From NCBI GenBank assembly GCA_965248055.1, contig CBDFIJ010000004.1:1056001-1120000 (forward strand): a stretch of DNA of 64,000 bases, given 5' to 3'. Of the stretch, positions 57,611-64,000 are shown in pieces. This DNA comes from Candidatus Multivoradales bacterium. Lineage in GTDB: Bacteria; Acidobacteriota; Thermoanaerobaculia; Multivoradales; JAHEKO01. Position 1 is the stretch's first letter. The number at the start of each line of letters is the position of its first letter. Below the pieces are notes generated by a model. The model was given only the letters and a program-made list of their open reading frames with translations. It did no database searches and was not told the DNA's origin. The translations under genes were made by a program, and so were the position numbers.

Positions 57611-59644
57611 ATGAGCAATAACCAACCAAAGCCATACGCACTTCCCCTCGCCGCACTGTCCCTCACCGTACTGGCCCTGATTTGCACCGGGCTGCTAGCC
57701 AACCCGGCCGCAGCACAAGAGCCAGAGCAGCGCAGCGTCAACAACGGCAACGTCGTCCTCGACGGTGTTCCGGAGCTGGACCTAGAGCTAGGAGCGAAAC
57801 TCGATCGTTTCTTGAATACTCGAAGCAGCTCGTTTCGCGGCTGGACGCCCGAGGGTGGAATGTATGTAGCGACTCGATTTGGCAACACCACCCAGCTCCA
57901 CCGGGTCGATCACCCAGGAGGGGCGCGTCATCAGCTGACCTTTTTTGACGAGCCGATCGGAGCTGTGAGATCGAGACCGAATGGGACCGATTTGATTTTC
58001 TCCATGGACGCGGGTGGCAGCGAGTTCTCGCAGTTGTTTCTCCTCGACCCCAAGACTGGCGACTCGACCATGGTCACCGACGGCGAGTCGAGAAATGGCG
58101 TTGCGTTGTGGAGCGAGGATGGCAAATCGCTGGCATTTCAGAGCACCCGGCGCAACGGTAGCTCGAATGACGTTTGGATCGTGGAACCGGAAGATCCAGA
58201 TTCCGCACGGTTGGTGCTTGAGTCCCCCGACGGTGCTTGGTGGGGCCCCGCCGATTTCAGCGCCGATGGTGGTGAGCTCCTGGTCATGCAATATGTGAGC
58301 GTCAACGACTCTCGCGTCTATCTGCTCGATTTGGAGACCAAGGACCAGTACTTGATCGCCGGAGACCCCGACGATCCTTCGAGCTGGCTGGGGATTGCCC
58401 CGCAGTTTGACCACGCTGGGACCGGGGTGTTCCTCTCGACCGACAAACTGAGCGACTTCACCCAACTGGCCCATCTAGATCTTGCATCCGGTGAGATTCA
58501 GGTGATCACAGAAGACATCCCTTGGAACATCGAAGCATTCACCCTCAACGAAGATCGAACCCGGGCCGCTTTTGCCGCCAATATCGATGGGCAGTCTCAG
58601 ATCTACCTATTGGATCCGGCCTCCCGAGAGTATCGAGCGGCGGAGAATCTACCTCCTGGACTGGCGTTCAACCTGAAATTTGCCCCCGACGACAAGACGC
58701 TCACCGTCGGCCTGAATACAGCCAGCACTCCGAGCGACGTATTCACCCTGGCCTTGGCTGAATCAGCACTGGACGCTGGGGAGCTCACACGGTGGACCTA
58801 CAGCGAAGTAGGCGGGCTCGACACCACGTCGTTGGTACAACCTGAACTGATCCACTACCCCACTTTCGACCAAATAGACGGTGAACCGAGAATGATTCCA
58901 GCGTTCGTCTACGAACCCCAAGGCGACGGCCCGCATCCAGTGATCATCGACATTCATGGCGGTCCTGAAAGCCAGTATCGACCCTCATTTAGCAGTACCT
59001 ATCAAAGCTGGATCTCAACCCTGGATGCCGCGGTCATCGCGCCCAACGTCCGAGGCTCGTCGGGCTATGGCAAGGCCTATGTCAAGCTGGACAATGGTTT
59101 CTTGCGCGAAGACTCGGTCAAGGACATCGGTGCGCTGCTCGATTGGATCGCCCAAGAACCGACTCTCGACGAAACTCGGGTGATGGTGGTGGGCGGTAGC
59201 TACGGCGGTTACATGGTTTTGGCCAGCATGGTCCACTACGGTGATCGTCTGCAAGGTGGGATCGACGTGGTCGGCATCAGCAACTTCGTCACCTTCTTGG
59301 AAAATACCCAGGATTACCGCCGCGATCTACGTCGGGCTGAGTATGGTGACGAGCGCGAGCCGGCGATGCGCGAGCATCTGGAGGAAATCAGCCCGAGCAA
59401 CAGCGCGGACAAGATCACGGCGCCTCTATTCGTCGCGCAGGGAGCCAACGATCCACGGGTACCCATCACTGAGGCCGAACAGATTGTCGAGGCGGTACGC
59501 GCCTCTGGCTACGACGTCTGGTATATGAACGCGCTCAATGAGGGCCACGGATTTGGCAAGAAAGAAAACTCGGATCTCTACCTCCAGTTGGCGGGGATGT
59601 TTCTCCAGCGTCACTTGGCGCAGCCAGAAACGGAGAACGAGTAG
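57611..59644 (+). CDS. S9 family serine peptidase (secreted)
   Basis: Signal peptide, propeller region, HGGPE, PNVRGSSGYG, GGSYGG, ND.RV, EGHG. Confidence 0.95.
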   Translation: MSNNQPKPYALPLAALSLTVLALICTGLLANPAAAQEPEQRSVNNGNVVLDGVPELDLELGAKLDRFLNTRSSSFRGWTPEGGMYVATRFGNTTQLHRVDHPGGARHQLTFFDEPIGAVRSRPNGTDLIFSMDAGGSEFSQLFLLDPKTGDSTMVTDGESRNGVALWSEDGKSLAFQSTRRNGSSNDVWIVEPEDPDSARLVLESPDGAWWGPADFSADGGELLVMQYVSVNDSRVYLLDLETKDQYLIAGDPDDPSSWLGIAPQFDHAGTGVFLSTDKLSDFTQLAHLDLASGEIQVITEDIPWNIEAFTLNEDRTRAAFAANIDGQSQIYLLDPASREYRAAENLPPGLAFNLKFAPDDKTLTVGLNTASTPSDVFTLALAESALDAGELTRWTYSEVGGLDTTSLVQPELIHYPTFDQIDGEPRMIPAFVYEPQGDGPHPVIIDIHGGPESQYRPSFSSTYQSWISTLDAAVIAPNVRGSSGYGKAYVKLDNGFLREDSVKDIGALLDWIAQEPTLDETRVMVVGGSYGGYMVLASMVHYGDRLQGGIDVVGISNFVTFLENTQDYRRDLRRAEYGDEREPAMREHLEEISPSNSADKITAPLFVAQGANDPRVPITEAEQIVEAVRASGYDVWYMNALNEGHGFGKKENSDLYLQLAGMFLQRHLAQPETENE

Positions 59645-59851
59645 CGTCATTGACCTGTCAGCCTGAGCGCTCTGCCATCAGTCGGATGGATCGTCTGGTA
59701 TACCCTAGCCGCACTTGTGATACCCATTCGATCTTTAGAACGCGGTATCCGTCTGCAAGCATGCCTAACTCCGCTCTTGCAACGTCAGCGATGACACCAA
59801 GACTTGGGCATGCCAGCAATTCGCCCCTCTGGGAGAGGTAAGGGAACCACA

Positions 59852-60718
59852 ATGGCACGCTCAGGAAAGACTGCGTCCTCTTGGAGGGCTTGGGGCCGTC
59901 TCCTGCTTTCTTCCAAGATCGACGCGGCGACCTCCTACAACCTGCGCGGTGACGTGGCCCTGGTCGGCGGCCAAACCATACCCATAGCAAACATGGGTTA
60001 CTGGGACCAGCGCGACCCCAAGGATCCAAACGCGATTGAGGGCGCGGTGTGCGCCTTGTTCGACATGGTGTGCTCCGGTGCCGAGATCACGACCGAGGAC
60101 CATGTGCTGGACGCTGGGTGCGGATTCGGCACCAATGCGGTGCGCTGCCTTCAGACCTTCCAGCCCCGTCGGGTTACCGGCATAAACCTATCGTCGGTTC
60201 AGTTGAAAATCGCCCAGCAGCATGCCGCCAAGTCCGGTTTTGCCGATCGAATCGCTCTAATCGAAAGCGACGCAACTAAGCTACCCCTGCACCAGCGTTG
60301 CATCGACAAGATCGTCTCCGTGGAGGCCGCATTTCACTTCGATACCCGCAAGGACTTCTTTGAGGAAGCGTTTCGCGTACTGCGCCCAGGCGGCATCATC
60401 TCCCTGGTCGACTTGCTACCCCTGCCGGCCCGCAATTGGTCTCAACGGTTGATGCTAAAGATTCTCAGGCGGACCCACGCAATCCCGAGCTCCAATGTCT
60501 ATGGAGTCAAGAAGTACCTCGACCAAGCCACCGCCGCGGGGTTTGAAATCTTGGAAGCCGAGTCGATCCTTGAACGCGTCTACACACCTTTTCGCAAATG
60601 GGTCCTAGGGAAGCCGTTTCGTCAGATCGCGGCATACCACCCGCTTTTCACCCTCACTTCCACCGCGTTCCTGGCTTATCCCTGGGACTACATACGGTTG
60701 CGTGCTCGCAAACCGTAA
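59852..60718 (+). CDS. SAM-dependent methyltransferase (natural-product/sterol-type)
   Basis: ANMGYW, VLDAGCGFG, GINLS..Q, SVEAAFHF, RVLRPGG. Confidence 0.9.
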   Translation: MARSGKTASSWRAWGRLLLSSKIDAATSYNLRGDVALVGGQTIPIANMGYWDQRDPKDPNAIEGAVCALFDMVCSGAEITTEDHVLDAGCGFGTNAVRCLQTFQPRRVTGINLSSVQLKIAQQHAAKSGFADRIALIESDATKLPLHQRCIDKIVSVEAAFHFDTRKDFFEEAFRVLRPGGIISLVDLLPLPARNWSQRLMLKILRRTHAIPSSNVYGVKKYLDQATAAGFEILEAESILERVYTPFRKWVLGKPFRQIAAYHPLFTLTSTAFLAYPWDYIRLRARKP

Positions 60719-60871
60719 CCCAATCCCGCAACCCATAAACCCGGTGACCGGGTAAGCGTCGCTTAGCGACGGATAAGTCGGCGGCGGCCAGTGTCGCGGC
60801 AGTCAGTGTCCCGTTCCCGCAGCCCAGATGCCCTGTCGAGCACTCTTAGTGCAGACCACAGCCGTATGAAA

Positions 60872-60898
60872 ATTCACAATAGTTCAGTGGCAAACGTT
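60872..60898 (+). promoter_or_regulatory. Putative ECF promoter ATTCACA-N16-CGTT
   Basis: Same spacing as the two motifs at 63074 and 63161; upstream of the sigma gene. Confidence 0.5.
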
Positions 60899-61001
60899 TA
60901 CATAGTCCACTTGATGTCCGAGGGAGAGGGGCGACGTGCCGTCGATTTATTGACGCATTCGTCAACTGCCGAACCCGGCGGAGGTCAGAAGTTGACTGAG
61001 A

Positions 61002-62426
61002 GTGACGCGTCACAGGACTACCACCGCCGGATGCAACCCAACCACGGGCAAACCCAGTTCTGGGAAACCCGGCACTGGGAAACTCAGTGCTGGGAAACCC
61101 AGTGCTGGGAAACCTAGCGCAGGAAAACCGAGTGCCTCGGAATCCTGGCAGCACGAGTTTGAAGAGCTATGGAAAGCGCAATCCCGTTATCTGTTTCGCT
61201 GTTGTCTACTGTGGAACTCGGGCCGCCACGAGCATGCCGAAGAGGCGTTTTCCCGCGCAGCTCTGCGAGCATTTGAGAAGTATCCCAAATATCGCGGCAA
61301 GCTCGATAATCCCCGTTACTGGCTACGGCGACTAACTTTTAATACCTGCATGGACCTCCACCGGGACGAGAGTCGCCGTCGTTCTCATCTTGAAAACGCC
61401 ACCGATGTCGAGACGCTGGCCTCGCCGCACTCTCGCTCGCCCGCGGGGGACTATCTGATGGCCGAGCGCTGGGTGCATCTGCGGGCCGCGTTGGCCGAAC
61501 TGCCAAACCGTCTGCGGACCCCCATGGAGCTCCACTTTCTGCAAGACATGAGCTATTCCGAAGTTGCCACCGCATTGGCCATCTCCCAAGTGAACTTGAG
61601 GAAACGCATCCAGCAGGCCAGAGCGCTGCTGCGCGAGAATCTAGAACTCTATGAAGCAGGAAACGTGGTCATCCGCGAACTCAAATCGAACTCGCCAGTG
61701 ACCATTCCCGCGACACCCAAAACAAGAGTTCTTCCTACTGCCGCGACTGTCTGTCCGGCGATCGTCCGCTCATTCAAAGGCGAGCGGCGACCAGGCGAGT
61801 TGCTGCTGGACGAGCCGTTGACACCACGCTACCGACGCAAGGTCGAGATTCTGGAGAACTATATTCGGCGGCACCCAAGTGGCTGGAAAAAACGCTTCGA
61901 ACTGGGCAAACTGCTGCGAGCCAATGGCCACTTCGACGACGCCCAGCGACACTTCCAGGTGGTGGCAAGCCGCCAACGCCAGCACCTTCCGGCTTCGGTC
62001 TACTTGGCGGAAATATTTGCTTTGTTGGATCGTGGTCACGAAGCCACCTTGCTGTACCAGCGACTTGCCGAGTCGACGCAAACACCGGCAACCCAACTAC
62101 ATCTTCGTGCCCAAGCTCAAGCCTGTGCCGGGCACTTTTCATCGGCCGCGCAAACCTTTAAATCTGCGATTGATTTGGAGTCCCACAACGCCACCCATTG
62201 GATTCATCTGGGACGTCTGCGTCGAGATCAGGGACGACTTGAGTCCAGCTTGAAGGCGTTCGACCAAGCTCTTGCCCTCGACCCGCTAAACGTCGCAACT
62301 CTGATCTTGAGCCACCAGCCACTCGTATCGATCGGCCAAGGCGCTGAGGCTCGGCGCCGTGCTGAAAAAGCCCTGGCGCTCGAACCCACCAACATCTTGG
62401 CCAAACAGGCCTGCAACCGCGGCTGA
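61002..62426 (+). CDS. ECF sigma factor with C-terminal TPR extension
   Basis: Region 2 (AEEAFS..WLRRLTFNTCMD), region 4 (LP..LR....L.....MSYSEVA..L), TPR-like C-terminal half; start uncertain. Confidence 0.88.
   Translation: MTRHRTTTAGCNPTTGKPSSGKPGTGKLSAGKPSAGKPSAGKPSASESWQHEFEELWKAQSRYLFRCCLLWNSGRHEHAEEAFSRAALRAFEKYPKYRGKLDNPRYWLRRLTFNTCMDLHRDESRRRSHLENATDVETLASPHSRSPAGDYLMAERWVHLRAALAELPNRLRTPMELHFLQDMSYSEVATALAISQVNLRKRIQQARALLRENLELYEAGNVVIRELKSNSPVTIPATPKTRVLPTAATVCPAIVRSFKGERRPGELLLDEPLTPRYRRKVEILENYIRRHPSGWKKRFELGKLLRANGHFDDAQRHFQVVASRQRQHLPASVYLAEIFALLDRGHEATLLYQRLAESTQTPATQLHLRAQAQACAGHFSSAAQTFKSAIDLESHNATHWIHLGRLRRDQGRLESSLKAFDQALALDPLNVATLILSHQPLVSIGQGAEARRRAEKALALEPTNILAKQACNRG
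61047..61136 (+). repeat. Six 15-bp tandem repeats encoding GKPSA-like pentapeptides
   Basis: Consensus GGGAAACCCAGTGCT, degenerate copies. Confidence 0.9.
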
Positions 62427-62460
62427 CGGACGGTCGGCCAGCCGCGGCGATGGCGTGCGA

Positions 62461-63012
62461 TTACTCGCCAAAGGTGATGGCGACCTTGTTCACCCAGCCT
62501 TGGAACTCAGCGAATGTGACCCAATCTCGCTGACCACCACCTCCTGGAGGCCACGGGTCCAGCACATGGAGCCGAAAATCGTCACCGGCTCCGTCGTAGC
62601 CGATGACCACGTAGTAATGGATCGAGTTGCCAATGACCAGTACTCGATCCACATCGATTTCCGCGCGCACGATTCCCTCGGTCAGCAGTCCGACGATGGC
62701 GCCGCCGGTGGCATCTTGGTTGAAGACACCGTATTCGCTGCGAACCAACTGCACCACTGCGCTATTGAGGTTCGCGCCACCCTCCTCCAATTCGGGGGGC
62801 TCAGCAGTTGCGTCCATCAAGACGGCGGTCTGCCACTCGACGCCCAACTCAGCTTCCACCAACGCCCTGGCGCTGGTAAAAGCTCGGGCGATCTCGTACT
62901 GGGTCCGCTCCTCCAGCTCATAGTAGGCACGAACGATCTGTTCCGCGGCAGCAAAGCACCAAGCTCCCGTTTCCTGTGCGATCAAAGACGGTGGATTTGG
63001 GACATCAGGCAT
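62461..63012 (-). CDS. Papain-like cysteine peptidase (C39/C70-like)
   Basis: RBS AAGGAG; QETGAWCFAA, HYYVVIGY, VLDPWP giving Q-C-H-D. Confidence 0.8.
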   Translation of the reverse strand: MPDVPNPPSLIAQETGAWCFAAAEQIVRAYYELEERTQYEIARAFTSARALVEAELGVEWQTAVLMDATAEPPELEEGGANLNSAVVQLVRSEYGVFNQDATGGAIVGLLTEGIVRAEIDVDRVLVIGNSIHYYVVIGYDGAGDDFRLHVLDPWPPGGGGQRDWVTFAEFQGWVNKVAITFGE

Positions 63013-63073
63013 AACAAGACTCTCCTTTTGAGAAAAAGCCGACCGAAGTCAGCGGGTTGACCTATGTCCTCCT

Positions 63074-63100
63074 GACGCCGACACCCGCTGAAATGTGAAA
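63074..63100 (-). promoter_or_regulatory. Putative ECF promoter TTTCACA-N16-CGTC
   Basis: Points toward the peptidase gene. Confidence 0.6.
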
Positions 63101-63160
63101 GTTCTCTGCCAATTGAACCTGATCTCCCTAGCAAACCTCCCAGCAAAGCGGCGCAGAAAA

Positions 63161-63187
63161 TGTCACGCAGTGACACCCGAGGGCGTC
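63161..63187 (+). promoter_or_regulatory. Putative ECF promoter TGTCACG-N16-CGTC
   Basis: Points toward the lipoprotein gene. Confidence 0.6.
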
Positions 63188-63232
63188 CTAGCGATGTAGA
63201 CCCTCTACTGACAACCAAGAAAGGAGTCCTTC

Positions 63233-63733
63233 ATGCTGATCTCGAAAGACCATAGAGTCGCCTCAAGCTTCGCGGCGATCTCCACCGTGGTAATCATGGT
63301 GTTTCTCGTCGTTGGTCTGGCGTCGTGTCAATCCGCCGGCTACCACGCCCCAGAAACAAGCGCCCCAACAACCGGTGTTCTAGAAACCAACTATTGCCAG
63401 AAGAGTCCTAGCGTCGTTGACGGCGCGATTGTTATCCGCGGTGGTTCGGTCAACACCAAGACCTTGACCGACGGCGGAGACGTTGATGGAGCCGGCTATA
63501 TGACCGACTTATCGGTCAACTGTTCCGGCGCAACCGCAGCGGCCAACACCGCGGCAAACCGCGCCCTCTACATTGCTGGAATTCCCAACCCCAACTACGG
63601 AGTTACTTCGGCCAAGAAAATCTGCCAACAAGGCGGATACATCAAGCCAACCCCCTATCCAGGGCACCCGTACCACTGCACGGTCTGGCATCTAAAGCCA
63701 AAAACGGCGGCGAGTCTTTTCACCCAATATTAG
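63233..63733 (+). CDS. Lipoprotein with putative ART-like/Rhs-toxin-like domain
   Basis: RBS AAGGAG, LASC lipobox; VIRGG, LSV, GVTS..I...GG.I.PTP, HPYHC. Confidence 0.65.
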   Translation: MLISKDHRVASSFAAISTVVIMVFLVVGLASCQSAGYHAPETSAPTTGVLETNYCQKSPSVVDGAIVIRGGSVNTKTLTDGGDVDGAGYMTDLSVNCSGATAAANTAANRALYIAGIPNPNYGVTSAKKICQQGGYIKPTPYPGHPYHCTVWHLKPKTAASLFTQY

Positions 63734-63753
63734 GGTGATCTTTCCCTTAGCTA

Positions 63754-63786
63754 GTACTGGGACGGTCGACCTGGCCGTCCCAGTAC
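63754..63786. terminator. Hairpin downstream of lipoprotein gene
   Basis: GTACTGGGACGG...CCGTCCCAGTAC 12-bp stem. Confidence 0.55.
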
Positions 63787-64000
63787 AGCTCTGTGTCGTT
63801 CGCAAATGATCGTATTCGGCTCATCGACACGGTCCCACCAAAAAACAATGACGACCACGAACCCAGTATCTCTAGCTCGGTTCGGTCGGAACGAGAGAAT
63901 TGCCAAAATCGAGGCAACTATGAAGGCCGACTCACTTCGAACCGCCAGCGGCCAACTTCTATCGGTGTCCAAATGGCGGTGGATACCAATGAACTGGCGA

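Noticed and set aside
61047-61136. Tandem repeat as CRISPR
   Set aside because: Contiguous 15-bp units with no spacers, in frame with a gene.
63751-64000. Minus-strand ORF at the window end
   Set aside because: No recognisable motif, overlaps a hairpin and is cut by the window edge.

Overview
Moderately GC-rich bacterial window, probably Acidobacteriota (inferred from gene content and order only). It has two housekeeping blocks: mqnA-rho-engB-lon-clpX-clpP-tig with tRNA-Leu and tRNA-Lys, and rsfS-nadD-obg-rpmA-rplU. Metabolic and signalling genes include three crotonases with a thiolase, a ChvG/ChvI-like two-component system, a peptide ABC transporter, queA and ndh. Several accessory patches carry IS5 and IS256 elements, REP-like palindromes and gene remnants. 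Best leads: (1) a secreted PQQ-like beta-propeller gene split by one in-frame TGA followed by an fdhF-like SECIS hairpin, a candidate new selenoprotein; (2) a TPR-extended ECF sigma factor whose gene and two neighbours (a papain-like peptidase and a lipoprotein with an ART-like toxin domain) share a TCAC(A/G)-N16-CGT(C/T) promoter-like motif; (3) two adjacent cassettes, each bounded by a diverged duplicate of a flanking gene's 3' end; (4) a Met-rich SoxA/TsdA-like cytochrome, triheme cytochrome and cupredoxin module. Family assignments come from motif recognition by eye; no database search was run.
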